Below, piece after piece: positions 19,146-28,974 of a stretch of 64,000 bases of DNA. The stretch spans positions 14,845 through 78,844 of the forward strand of contig CAZLZN010000001.1 in NCBI GenBank assembly GCA_964564035.1, given 5' to 3'. This DNA comes from an uncultured Gammaproteobacteria bacterium (lineage in GTDB: Bacteria; Patescibacteriota; Microgenomatia; Levybacterales; UBA12049). The number at the start of each line of letters is the position of its first letter. The stretch's first letter is position 1. A program made the translations under genes and the position numbers. The notes below the pieces were generated by a model. It saw only the letters and a program-made list of their open reading frames with translations, did not search any database and was not told where the DNA came from.

Positions 19146-19257
19146 AATTATTTATCACCTCCTTTATTATTTACTGATCTTCAATGATTAAAATACTAAC
19201 TTCTCAGGGTTTAAATCCAATAAGAATAATTTAATAACTAAGTAAGAAGAGCGAATT

Positions 19258-20748
19258 TCACCACAGCATCACCCAAAACTCCTGCATGACCAAAATTTGC
19301 ATAGCCTGAAAAAATAAGAATACGCAAAATTGGATTCTTGTAAATCTCAGGCTTTTTGTCAAAAAACCGGCTCCGATCAACGCCATAAACGGCATGAATA
19401 CAACCAGTATCCGTCCGCCCTCACCTCTTATCGAACCGGAAAAATTAACAATAATTAGCATCATTAAAAAAGCAATAAAAACAAAATCTAATTTCCTGAT
19501 ATTTTTTAAAAAATTTCTGCCAAAAACATTCAGGCAGAAAAATTTTGTTTCCCGAATGAATTTATAAAAAAATACCATACTCAATGGAATTCCCGCGAAT
19601 ATAAAAAAATCAACCGCGTTATACCAGAGCCACAAACTGTAAGATCTTGAATTAACATGTGTTACTGTCGTCATAATTATTCGCGTCATTTCATAAAAAT
19701 TAAAATTAAAAAACACCAATAATAAAATTGGCAAAAGCAAAAATCCACCCGCAAATACGGAAGAATCAATAAGCAATCTCATCGGCTTCAATTTTAATCC
19801 CAAAAAATTCAGCAAATAAAATATCATGAATAAAACACCGATCGTAAGAAGTGATAAATTAAAAAATACACCAACAAAAAGAGTTAAGCCCGACAAAAAT
19901 AAATAATATTTTTTATTTTCTTTTATACCTTTATAAAAAAACAAAAATGAAGTAATAGAAAAAATCGGCAAAAATGAATCGTTAATTGGAATAAAAAGCA
20001 CGGCGCTTGGGATAAAAATATATATAAAAATTGTTCTCAAAGCGATCTTTACCCCGTATAATGCGCTAGCCGCAAAATATAGAGGAACGACTGTGAAAGA
20101 CGCTAGCATAGGTATAAAAAAAGCAGAAAAAACAGCTCCCGCTTTTTGAGCAGCTTCGAGTGTAACCCAAATAAGCCTTACGTCCGGACGGCTGGGAGAT
20201 AGTTTATCCACATAATCGATAAACGCCGGAAACATCGAAGCGAATAAATTATTAAAATAAAAAAACAATATAGCCCCCGGCGGATGAGACGCCGCGTGAT
20301 AAACAAAGCTAAGAACATTTTCGTTGTATGTGCTTACAAATTCATAAACGTTTTTTATATTCAGTGACGCGGTAAAATACCCGTTCAATTCCGGATTAAT
20401 AATCCTGTGGATCAACACACCTATTCCGGCTCTGCTGAAGTACAAAACTCCCATCTGAAACATATAAGAAATTAGTGCGGCGCAAATTAAAAAAACATAA
20501 ATATGTTTGACGGCAAATTTCTGATGCCGCTCAACAAATAAATACATTCCGAAAATAATAATAGTCACTAAAAGCGGCGCCCATAATTTATTTAATGTAT
20601 TTACAAATAAATAATCCCATTGCCATTCCGGCGGATATGGCGCCGGCCCCCTCAAAAGCGGAAATATATCCCAAGAGACTGATGCAAAAAACCCCGCCGT
20701 CACGACGCTTACCAAAACCAAAAATCTATTTTTAAACCCCTCTGACAT
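19258..20748 (-). CDS. Polytopic membrane protein, GT-C glycosyltransferase-like
   Basis: About 11 TM segments; loop motif HAASHPPGA; GEGGRI. Confidence 0.6.
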   Translation of the reverse strand: MSEGFKNRFLVLVSVVTAGFFASVSWDIFPLLRGPAPYPPEWQWDYLFVNTLNKLWAPLLVTIIIFGMYLFVERHQKFAVKHIYVFLICAALISYMFQMGVLYFSRAGIGVLIHRIINPELNGYFTASLNIKNVYEFVSTYNENVLSFVYHAASHPPGAILFFYFNNLFASMFPAFIDYVDKLSPSRPDVRLIWVTLEAAQKAGAVFSAFFIPMLASFTVVPLYFAASALYGVKIALRTIFIYIFIPSAVLFIPINDSFLPIFSITSFLFFYKGIKENKKYYLFLSGLTLFVGVFFNLSLLTIGVLFMIFYLLNFLGLKLKPMRLLIDSSVFAGGFLLLPILLLVFFNFNFYEMTRIIMTTVTHVNSRSYSLWLWYNAVDFFIFAGIPLSMVFFYKFIRETKFFCLNVFGRNFLKNIRKLDFVFIAFLMMLIIVNFSGSIRGEGGRILVVFMPFMALIGAGFLTKSLRFTRIQFCVFLFFQAMQILVMQEFWVMLW

Positions 20749-20787
20749 TTAAAACAATTATACAAATATTATTGCTATAATGTAATC

Positions 20788-21615
20788 ATGATCGATGCCC
20801 ATTGTCATTTGAATTTCAGTGCTTTCGAAAAAGATTTTGATGAAGTAATCAAAAACGCACAAAAAGAAGGCGTACATACTATTATTAATGCAGGAACGCA
20901 AATAAGCTCTTCGAAATGGGCCGTCGAACTGGCCGGCAAATTCCCGAACCTCTATGCTGTTATCGCAGTGCATCCTCATCACGCTGACAAACTTGATTCA
21001 AATGACAACACAAAATGGAGCGAAGAACTTGAAGCTTTAGGCAAACACCCCAAAGTAGTTGGAATAGGCGAATTTGGACTGGACTATTACAATTACAAAT
21101 CAAACGGAATTGTTGACCCCGAGCTCCAAAAAAAAGTATTTTTAACTCAACTGGAAATAGCACATGCTTTGAAACTGCCGCTCCAGATCCACACCAGAGA
21201 CGACCGGGCACGTACAGAACTTGTTAAATTACTGAAAAATAATAAAAGCCTGCTTCTAGATCCGCCCGGGATGTTCCATTGCTTTGCCGGCAGTATGGAA
21301 TCAATGAATTCGGTTTTAGATCTTGGATTTTATTTGGGCTTTGATGGAAATATCACATACGGCGGTACGCCGCCGGGTGAACCGCTGCCTCTTGCGGATT
21401 TAGTAAAATCTGCTCCTCTTGAGCGGATCATGATCGAAACGGACAGCCCGTATCTGACGCCCATGCCGTTGCGCGGCAGGAGAAATGAGCCGAAATATGC
21501 TATAATTACTGGCAAGTTCATCTCAAAAATCAAAAATATTTCATTCGAAGAAGTGGAACACCAGACAGAACAAAACGTATATACCGTTTTCAAAAAAATA
21601 TCCCGGTCAATATGA
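20788..21615 (+). CDS. tatD: TatD family hydrolase/DNase
   Basis: IDAHCH, HPH, IGEFGLD, FHCF, ETDSPYL. Confidence 0.95.
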   Translation: MIDAHCHLNFSAFEKDFDEVIKNAQKEGVHTIINAGTQISSSKWAVELAGKFPNLYAVIAVHPHHADKLDSNDNTKWSEELEALGKHPKVVGIGEFGLDYYNYKSNGIVDPELQKKVFLTQLEIAHALKLPLQIHTRDDRARTELVKLLKNNKSLLLDPPGMFHCFAGSMESMNSVLDLGFYLGFDGNITYGGTPPGEPLPLADLVKSAPLERIMIETDSPYLTPMPLRGRRNEPKYAIITGKFISKIKNISFEEVEHQTEQNVYTVFKKISRSI

Positions 21616-23105
21616 CAGACTTTTTTTCCAAAATATTCGCGCGCTATCCCGTCAAATCCCGCAGGATTTTAGAAATTTTCCCGGGATTTGTAGTCTGGAC
21701 ATTGATCACTCTTCCGGTTTGGGGATCTTTCCTGATACCTACAGTTGTCGCGTATTTCATTTTGTTTTTTGATATATTTTTCTTCTACAAATCTTTTGCC
21801 CTGGCCGTTACATCAACAATCGCATCAAAAAAAATCAGAGAGACTGAAAAAAAAGACTGGTATGAAATTGCCAAAAAGCTACCCAATTACAGACCTGTCG
21901 ATCACGTGCTTGTTATTACAAATTACCAGGAAAAAACAGAAAAGCTCCGTCTCACACTTGAAGCATTAGCAAATCAATCCTACCCGTCATCAAATCTGCA
22001 CGTCGTACTTGCTATGGAAGAGCGTGAAAAAGAAGCAAAAGAAAGAGCGCGAATTCTCATCAAAGAATTCAAACATGTCTTCGGAAATATTTTTGCCACA
22101 TTCCACCCGGATTTGCCGAATGAAGTAAAAGGGAAATCTTCCAATGAATCATACGCCGGCAAAGAGGCTTACAAAATTTTATTTGAAAAAGGCAAATTAA
22201 ATATAGATTTCGCGACAGCATCCTCAGTAGACGCTGACAGTATTTTCCACAAAGAATTCTTCGCTCATCTTACATACAAATTCCTTACCGATCCGGCCCC
22301 GTACAACAAATTCTGGCAATCCGCGACAGTTTACCACAACAATATCTGGAAAGTTCCGGCTCCGACCAGAATTATTTCATTTTTCGGCAGTCTTTGGAGA
22401 ACAGGCCTCCTGGTCCAGGGAGACAGGCTTATTACAAACGCCACATATACTCTGTCATTCAAAATGCTCAAAAAAATCGGCTTCTGGGATGTCGATGTGA
22501 TACCCGAAGACTATAGAGTTTTCTTCAAAGCCTTTTATGCTCTAAAAGGTCAAGTGTGGGTAGAACCGGTATTTTTAAAAACATCGATGGACGCGCCCCA
22601 TTCAATCGGCTATGTTAATAGCCTCAAAAACAAATACAATCAGGAACGCAGATGGGCATGGGGTGTGTCAGATGATCCGCTGTTTATTGAATGGTGGCTC
22701 ACTGTTCCGGGAGTTCCTTTCTTCCGCAAAACTTTCCTGCTATACCACGTACTGCTTGATCATATCCTATGGCCTACAAATTGGTTTATTGTTACAATTG
22801 CCGCCAACGTCATGGCCGTTCTGAATCCGGTTTATTCCCGCACCTCTCTTGGATACTATCTTCCGCAACTTGCAGGCATACTTTTAAACACCTGTCTAAT
22901 TGCTTTAATTGTGATGATGTATATAGACTACAAAAACCGCCCGGATCATGCCCGCATGTCTCTCAAAAGAAAACTGCTTTTCCCGTTCGAATTTATTTTA
23001 ATGCCTCTGGTTGGTTTTTTCTTGTCTTCATTGCCGGCGCTCATTTCCCATACACAGCTGATGCTCGGCAAAAGAATGGAATACAAAGTAACGGAAAAAA
23101 TCTGA
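21612..23105 (+). CDS. GT2 family membrane glycosyltransferase
   Basis: KGKSSN, DAD, PED, QERRW motif, C-terminal TMs. Confidence 0.85.
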   Translation: MTDFFSKIFARYPVKSRRILEIFPGFVVWTLITLPVWGSFLIPTVVAYFILFFDIFFFYKSFALAVTSTIASKKIRETEKKDWYEIAKKLPNYRPVDHVLVITNYQEKTEKLRLTLEALANQSYPSSNLHVVLAMEEREKEAKERARILIKEFKHVFGNIFATFHPDLPNEVKGKSSNESYAGKEAYKILFEKGKLNIDFATASSVDADSIFHKEFFAHLTYKFLTDPAPYNKFWQSATVYHNNIWKVPAPTRIISFFGSLWRTGLLVQGDRLITNATYTLSFKMLKKIGFWDVDVIPEDYRVFFKAFYALKGQVWVEPVFLKTSMDAPHSIGYVNSLKNKYNQERRWAWGVSDDPLFIEWWLTVPGVPFFRKTFLLYHVLLDHILWPTNWFIVTIAANVMAVLNPVYSRTSLGYYLPQLAGILLNTCLIALIVMMYIDYKNRPDHARMSLKRKLLFPFEFILMPLVGFFLSSLPALISHTQLMLGKRMEYKVTEKI

Positions 23106-23384
23106 TTATTTTTTGTGGCGCTTAGTAAATTCTTTATATATTTCTTCAATACTTATTCCCAAAGTCGAAAGCATAACTAGGCTATGGAACCATAGATCAG
23201 CGGTTTCCGAAATTACCTCTTTTTTGTTTTTATTTTTTGCGGCAATAACCGCCTCAACCGCCTCTTCGCCTACTTTTTGAATGATCCTGTCATCTCCGGA
23301 CTTAAAAAGCTCCGCGACATAAGAATTTTTAGGCATTCTCTTTTTTCTGTCCTCGATTATTTTATAAACTTCATCAATGTTCAT
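23106..23384 (-). CDS. hisE: Phosphoribosyl-ATP pyrophosphatase
   Basis: KVGEEAVE, ETADLWFH. Confidence 0.96.
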   Translation of the reverse strand: MNIDEVYKIIEDRKKRMPKNSYVAELFKSGDDRIIQKVGEEAVEAVIAAKNKNKKEVISETADLWFHSLVMLSTLGISIEEIYKEFTKRHKK

Positions 23385-23401
23385 GATTTTGTTTAATACT
23401 A

Positions 23402-23746
23402 TTATATAACTGTTTTTTTGTCCGTTTTTACTTTGCTAAAAAAACAGCTTAGACTGCCGGTATGACACACATTTTTACCTATCAGTGTAACTTTTATCAA
23501 AAGCGTATCCAAATCGCAATCCCTTAATATTTGATTAACCTTCAGCATATTTCCCGACTCCTCCCCTTTCATCCATAATTTCTTACGTTTTCTGCTCCAA
23601 AAATGCACATATCCTGATTCCATAGTTTTGGTCAGCGCTCTATCATTCATATATCCAAGCATATATACCTGATTTGATTCAGAGTCTTGAATTATTGCCG
23701 GCACCAGCCCGCTATTTTTCTCAAAATTTATTAATTTATGTTCCAT
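23402..23746 (-). CDS. hisI: Phosphoribosyl-AMP cyclohydrolase
   Basis: LWMKGEESGN, DCDLD, CHTG..SCF. Confidence 0.96.
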   Translation of the reverse strand: MEHKLINFEKNSGLVPAIIQDSESNQVYMLGYMNDRALTKTMESGYVHFWSRKRKKLWMKGEESGNMLKVNQILRDCDLDTLLIKVTLIGKNVCHTGSLSCFFSKVKTDKKTVI

Positions 23747-23807
23747 AATTCATATTTGTAATTTATAATTTGCATAAAAATTTAAAATTATAAATTGAAA
23801 ATTGCCA

Positions 23808-24563
23808 TTAAATCCTCATCTCTATTTTATTCTTTCTTAGATTATTCTTTACTTCTTTAATCCTAAGCTCTCCAAAATGAAAAAGTGATGCCGCTAGAGC
23901 GGCGTCCGCTTTGCCTGTTGTAAAAACATCCCGAAAATCCGAAAGACTCCCCGCACCACCTGACGCAATTACCGGCACATTCACACGGGATGAAACACTG
24001 GCAGTCAAGCCCAGGTCAAAACCTATTTTTGTACCGTCCCGATCCATACTTGTCAAAAGTATCTCTCCGGCGCCTAGTTTGACAGCATCCCGCGCCCATT
24101 TAACCGCGTCTTTTCCGGCAGAGATACGTCCGCCGTTTACAAACACATCCCACCCGGATCCGGCTTTTTTAGCATCAATCGCGAGTACAACACATTGATT
24201 TCCGAAAATATTTGCCAATTCCGATATGATCCTTGGATTTTTGACAGCAGCCGAATTCACCGCTATCTTATCCGCGCCGTTTTTCAATATACTTCTCGCG
24301 TCATTGACATTGTTTATCCCCCCTCCGACAGTAAACGGGATAAATATTTTTGCCGCAATTTGCTTTACAATATCCAGCATAATATCCCGCCGCTCATGTG
24401 TCGCGGTTATATCCAAAAAAGTAAGCTCATCTGCTCCTTCATTATTATATATCTCGGCAAGCCGCACAGGATCTCCCGCGTCTTTTATATTTACGAAATT
24501 AACCCCTTTGACAACCCTTCCGTCTTTTATATCCAGACATGAAATTATTCTTTTAGCTATCAT
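23808..24563 (-). CDS. hisF: Imidazole glycerol phosphate synthase, cyclase subunit
   Basis: [35 protein letters not shown]. Confidence 0.97.
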   Translation of the reverse strand: MIAKRIISCLDIKDGRVVKGVNFVNIKDAGDPVRLAEIYNNEGADELTFLDITATHERRDIMLDIVKQIAAKIFIPFTVGGGINNVNDARSILKNGADKIAVNSAAVKNPRIISELANIFGNQCVVLAIDAKKAGSGWDVFVNGGRISAGKDAVKWARDAVKLGAGEILLTSMDRDGTKIGFDLGLTASVSSRVNVPVIASGGAGSLSDFRDVFTTGKADAALAASLFHFGELRIKEVKNNLRKNKIEMRI

Positions 24564-24565
24564 AA

Positions 24566-25273
24566 TCAACTTCTTATCATCTCTTTAATTGAAATCTTAT
24601 TTTCATACAAAGCCTTACCGACTATTACGCCTTCGACTCCTATTGCATCTAACTTTTTTATAGCACTTATACTAGATATTCCGCCCGCTGCAATAATAGG
24701 CACATTTAAATTATCAATAAGTTTTTTAACCTCTTTATAATTCGGAACAGTCAGTGTGCCATCCCTCGTTACATCTGTATAAATAAAACGCATAACGCCG
24801 CTTTCCTCAAGCTCCCGCGCTTTCTTTAACGCGCCGGTATCTGCCTCTTCCTGCCATCCTTTAATAGCTAATTTTCCGTTTTTCGCATCAATCGATACTA
24901 TTATATTGTCCCGATATTTAATTAAAAGTTTTTCAAAAATCGGCTTTTCTATAACCGCCATAGTGCCGATAATTATTCTTTCTATTCCAATTGCGATCAG
25001 CTTATCGGCTGTCTGAATATTATTGATACCGCCCCCGACTTGAATCGGAATTTTGACGGCGTTACGAATTTTTTTAATAACGTCAAAATTTTTAAGAGTG
25101 CTTTTTTCCGCTCCGTCTAAATCAACGATGTGTAAATATTTTGCGCCTTCACTTTCCCATCGCAGGGCAAACTCAACCGGATCATCGCTATACACTTTTA
25201 CATCACTAAATCTACCCTGCGTAAGCCGCACGCATTTACCGTTTTGGATATCTATTGCCGGAAAAATTATCAC
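24566..25273 (-). CDS. hisA: ProFAR isomerase
   Basis: [30 protein letters not shown]. Confidence 0.97.
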   Translation of the reverse strand: MIIFPAIDIQNGKCVRLTQGRFSDVKVYSDDPVEFALRWESEGAKYLHIVDLDGAEKSTLKNFDVIKKIRNAVKIPIQVGGGINNIQTADKLIAIGIERIIIGTMAVIEKPIFEKLLIKYRDNIIVSIDAKNGKLAIKGWQEEADTGALKKARELEESGVMRFIYTDVTRDGTLTVPNYKEVKKLIDNLNVPIIAAGGISSISAIKKLDAIGVEGVIVGKALYENKISIKEMIRS

Positions 25274-25908
25274 AATAAATTCTCCTTTCGCTCGACTGCT
25301 ATATCATAAAAATTATTCAACAATTTTAAACCCGTTTCTCCACTTTTTTCAGGATGAAACTGTACTCCATATATATTTTCATACGCGAAGGCACTGCAGA
25401 ATTTTTTCCCATATCTCGTAACTCCGGCAACAACTGCATCGTCAGCCGGCGCGCAGTAATAACTATTCACAAAATAAAAGTGACTATTATTCTCTATATT
25501 TTTAAATAAATTCTGAATTCTGAATTCTGAATTCTGAATTCCGACTTTATTCCATCCAATTTGCGGCACTTTAAATTTTGTTCTAAATTTCTTTACGTTT
25601 CCCTTTATCAAATCCAGACATTCGGTTTCTCCCTCTTCGCTAAATGACATCATAATCTGCATTCCAAGACAGATACCGAGAATTGGAGTTCCGCTCATCA
25701 CTTTCTCGATTATGACTTGGTCCATACCCGTAGACTTCAAATTTTTCATACCGGTACCCGCTGACCCTACGCCGGGCAATATCAGCGCTTCAGACTTTTG
25801 TAATTCTGAAATGCTGTCTGCAATCAAATAAGGTATCCTCAATTTTTTCAGCGCGTTTGCAACACTGGCCAAATTCCCAAGTCCGTAATCAATTATTGTT
25901 AATTTCAT
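25270..25908 (-). CDS. hisH: Imidazole glycerol phosphate synthase, glutaminase subunit
   Basis: IDYGLGN, LPGVG, GICLGMQ, QFHPEKS; contains heptamer-encoded IQNSEFRIQN. Confidence 0.97.
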   Translation of the reverse strand: MKLTIIDYGLGNLASVANALKKLRIPYLIADSISELQKSEALILPGVGSAGTGMKNLKSTGMDQVIIEKVMSGTPILGICLGMQIMMSFSEEGETECLDLIKGNVKKFRTKFKVPQIGWNKVGIQNSEFRIQNLFKNIENNSHFYFVNSYYCAPADDAVVAGVTRYGKKFCSAFAYENIYGVQFHPEKSGETGLKLLNNFYDIAVERKENLL

Positions 25909-25913
25909 ATAAT

Positions 25914-26789
25914 TTAAATTATCATTTTTTCAATTGGCAACACTATTATCCCTGTCGCGCCGTACTTCTTTAACTTCTCGATCGTTTCCCAAAAAAACTC
26001 TTCTTTGACAACAGTTTGCACAGAAACCCAATCCCGATCGGCAAGCGTTGAAATAGTCGGAGACCTAAGGCCCGGCACTACTCTTTTTATTTTATCTATA
26101 GCATTTTTGGGCACATTCATCATGATATATTTATAATCCCGCGCGCTCAAAACAGCATTAAAACGCATCAATAACCCGTCAAGAATTTTTTTCCTGCCGT
26201 TTACAAAAGAATCTTTATTCGCGATCAAAACCGCCTCGGAATCGTAAACTTTCTCCAATATCCTCAGGTCATTAAGCGCCAAAGTGCTCCCCGTAGAAAC
26301 CAGATCAACAATTGCGTCGGCGATTCCCAGGGCAGGAGTAATCTCCAGAGAACCGCTTATCGCAACTATCTCCACGTCAATTTTATTTTTCTTAAAAAAA
26401 CTTTTTGCGGACACAGGATATGATGTCGCGATTCTTTTCTTATCCAAATCGATAATGCTTTTGTACTTGGACTCTTTCGGAACAGCGGCATACAGTGAGC
26501 AATAACCATAATTTAAATTAAAGATCTTTCTTACATCCGGCCGCTCTTCATTCAAAATGTTTTGTCCGACAATTCCCAGATCAACGGTTCCGGTCGCGAC
26601 ATAATTCGGAATATCATCGTCTCTGACATACAATATTTCAAGCGGAAAATTCCTGCACTTCGAAAATAATTTTTGCTTATAGCTTGTAAATTCGAGCCCT
26701 GATCTTCGCAAAAATTCAAGAGTCTCCTCCGTCAGTCTGCCGCTTTTTTGCACAGCTAATTTTAAATTTTTATTGTTTAAATTTGCCAT
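25914..26789 (-). CDS. hisG: ATP phosphoribosyltransferase (long form)
   Basis: QKSGRL, VRDDDIP, IVDLVSTGSTL, C-terminal regulatory domain. Confidence 0.97.
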   Translation of the reverse strand: MANLNNKNLKLAVQKSGRLTEETLEFLRRSGLEFTSYKQKLFSKCRNFPLEILYVRDDDIPNYVATGTVDLGIVGQNILNEERPDVRKIFNLNYGYCSLYAAVPKESKYKSIIDLDKKRIATSYPVSAKSFFKKNKIDVEIVAISGSLEITPALGIADAIVDLVSTGSTLALNDLRILEKVYDSEAVLIANKDSFVNGRKKILDGLLMRFNAVLSARDYKYIMMNVPKNAIDKIKRVVPGLRSPTISTLADRDWVSVQTVVKEEFFWETIEKLKKYGATGIIVLPIEKMII

Positions 26790-26842
26790 AAAAAAACTCC
26801 CGTCCTTTACAACCAATATCTTTGGTTATAAGGAACGAGAGG
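26790..26842 (-). terminator. Intrinsic terminator of the T-box leader, abutting the hisG ATG
   Basis: CTCTCGTTCCTTATAACCAA...TTGGTTGTAAAGGACGGGAG-TTTTTTT-ATG. Confidence 0.8.
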
Positions 26843-27005
26843 TCAAACATTTCTCCCGCGGTCCCATCCTCATTCCCCGATTCCTGTATCTATATCGGGG
26901 CGCTCTATACCGACTCCGCATCTTGTGCGACATCGTCTACCCAATTTTACGGCTGGATTTCCGTGGAGTATTTCGCTCCCAACGCTCTCTTTATTTTTAA
27001 TGAAT
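26790..27005 (-). promoter_or_regulatory. T-box riboswitch leader of the his operon
   Basis: Minus-strand AATGAGGATGGGACCGCG (26874-26857); antiterminator GGA-[TGGGACC]-GCGGGAG...CTCTCGT-TCC; competing terminator. Confidence 0.82.
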
Positions 27006-27139
27006 AGAATTCCGGATCGTGACTCCGGTCAGACGTTTTATAATAAAATTATTATATAAATATAATGCATGCGTGTCAATTGCGAACTCATTTGCTTTCA
27101 GCTATTTCAAAAACTATAATAAATCAAACGATCTTAGCA

Positions 27140-28636
27140 ATGAACAAAATAAATTTAAAATCAATAAAAACCGAATTATTATTTTTGGCAGGCATTATAA
27201 TTGTTTTCATTTTATTACGCATCCCTTCCTTAATTGAGCCGCTCTGGTACGGCGATGAAGCAATCTACCAAGTCGTTGGCGATGCGCTCAATTCCGGCAG
27301 ATCAATCTACTCTGAAATCTGGGACAACAAGCCTCCGCTTCTCTATTATATATATGCCCTAGCAAATAGCGACATGTTTACTGTAAAATTCCTATCGCTG
27401 ATTTTCGGAACTTTGTCTATCATTCCTTTTTACTTTTTATCAAAAAAATTATTCGCAAACAAGCTGACATATTTAACTACCGGGATTTATTCATTATTTT
27501 TTGCCCTACCGCTTTTAGAAGGCAACATCGCTAATGCTGAAAACTTTATGCTCTTACCTGTCATAACTGCCGGATTCTTGATTTACACAACTGCTGTGAC
27601 AAAAAAAACAAAAATAATAAATCTAAAATATTTTACAGCCGGACTTTTACTTGGCATAAGCTTCTTATTCAAAATAGTTGCAGTGTTTGATTTGATCGCA
27701 TTTTTGTTTTTCCTGATATTTTTTATATATAAAAATCAAATCCTGAATAAAAATATATATCCAAAACTCAAAAAAATAATAAAATATACATTAATAATTA
27801 AATCCGGTTTTCTTTTACCTGTATTACTGGTGTCTGTTTTTTATATCATCAGCGGCAACTTTACAGCGTTTATCCAATCGGCATTTTTTGAAAATGTTGG
27901 TTACGTAGAGTACGCTAACGAATTGATAATCCCTCAAGGATTACTGATCTTGAAATTTTTAATCCTCATCATATCGCTGATTGTAATAATGCGCTTCAGT
28001 AAATCAATGTCTTCGCCCGTTTTATTTATATTCCTCTGGTTTATTTTTGCTCTCTGGAATTCTCTCTTCTCCGGACGAATATGGACTCATTATTTATTAA
28101 CAGTCTTGCCTGCTTTTGCGCTCATTAACGGACTGCTTTTCAACAAGTCCAAACCGATCAGATTAGTTTCCCTTCTCGCTATTGCTGTTCTGATTTACTT
28201 TTCAAATACTCATTTTAAACTATCAGATAAAAGCATCATTGGCACTGCACAATATTACACAAACTTTATAAACTATACAGCAGGAGCATCATCTCTTGAT
28301 GAATACAGAATGTCTTTCGACTCCGATGTGCCCCGGGATTACGCTGTTGCGAAATACCTGAAATCAAATACTGCCAAAACTGACAATATTTTTATCTGGG
28401 GCAACAACCCCCAAATATATCATCTCACAAACAAACTTCCGCCGGGCAGATATACTGTGGCATATCACATTATTCAAAATCCCGGTGCGATAAATGAAAC
28501 AAAAAAAGTCTTGCAAAAATCGCGCCCGAAATATATCGTCCTACTCGATTCCGATCCGGAATATCCTTTTTCTTTAAATAATTACAGATATGTATATAAT
28601 ATAAAGGGAGCGCGTATTTATGAAAAATCTGATTAA
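27140..28636 (+). CDS. ArnT/GT39-like (GT-C) glycosyltransferase
   Basis: WYGDEAIY, WDNKPPL, multiple TMs. Confidence 0.82.
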   Translation: MNKINLKSIKTELLFLAGIIIVFILLRIPSLIEPLWYGDEAIYQVVGDALNSGRSIYSEIWDNKPPLLYYIYALANSDMFTVKFLSLIFGTLSIIPFYFLSKKLFANKLTYLTTGIYSLFFALPLLEGNIANAENFMLLPVITAGFLIYTTAVTKKTKIINLKYFTAGLLLGISFLFKIVAVFDLIAFLFFLIFFIYKNQILNKNIYPKLKKIIKYTLIIKSGFLLPVLLVSVFYIISGNFTAFIQSAFFENVGYVEYANELIIPQGLLILKFLILIISLIVIMRFSKSMSSPVLFIFLWFIFALWNSLFSGRIWTHYLLTVLPAFALINGLLFNKSKPIRLVSLLAIAVLIYFSNTHFKLSDKSIIGTAQYYTNFINYTAGASSLDEYRMSFDSDVPRDYAVAKYLKSNTAKTDNIFIWGNNPQIYHLTNKLPPGRYTVAYHIIQNPGAINETKKVLQKSRPKYIVLLDSDPEYPFSLNNYRYVYNIKGARIYEKSD

Positions 28637-28973
28637 CAAAATAAAATTAGACAAAATTATCAAACTGGGAACATATCTTTCACTGAGTTTAATTTTTTTG
28701 CACTTGATAATAATTGCGGGTTTTTACGTGATCCTCCCGCCATATATACCCTTATACAACCAGATGTCCTGGGGCAATGATCAGATTGCGTCCAAAATGG
28801 AGATCTTTATACCTATTTTTATTACATCTGTTTTTTTTATAATGAATTTATTTATCGGATTAAAAATTTATGAAAAAATGCCGCTCCTTTCAAGAATACT
28901 TAGCATAACAGCATTGCTTCTGTGCATACTTTCAATTATATTTATAATACGGATAATTAGTCTCGCGCTATAA
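28620..28973 (+). CDS. Small 3-TM membrane protein (DUF1648-like)
   Basis: LPPYIPLY...WG motif after TM1. Confidence 0.6.
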   Translation: MKNLINKIKLDKIIKLGTYLSLSLIFLHLIIIAGFYVILPPYIPLYNQMSWGNDQIASKMEIFIPIFITSVFFIMNLFIGLKIYEKMPLLSRILSITALLLCILSIIFIIRIISLAL

Positions 28974-28974
28974 T

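Noticed and set aside
26822-27007. Possible His leader peptide (ribosomal attenuation)
   Set aside because: No His-codon run; the region is explained by the T-box on the minus strand.
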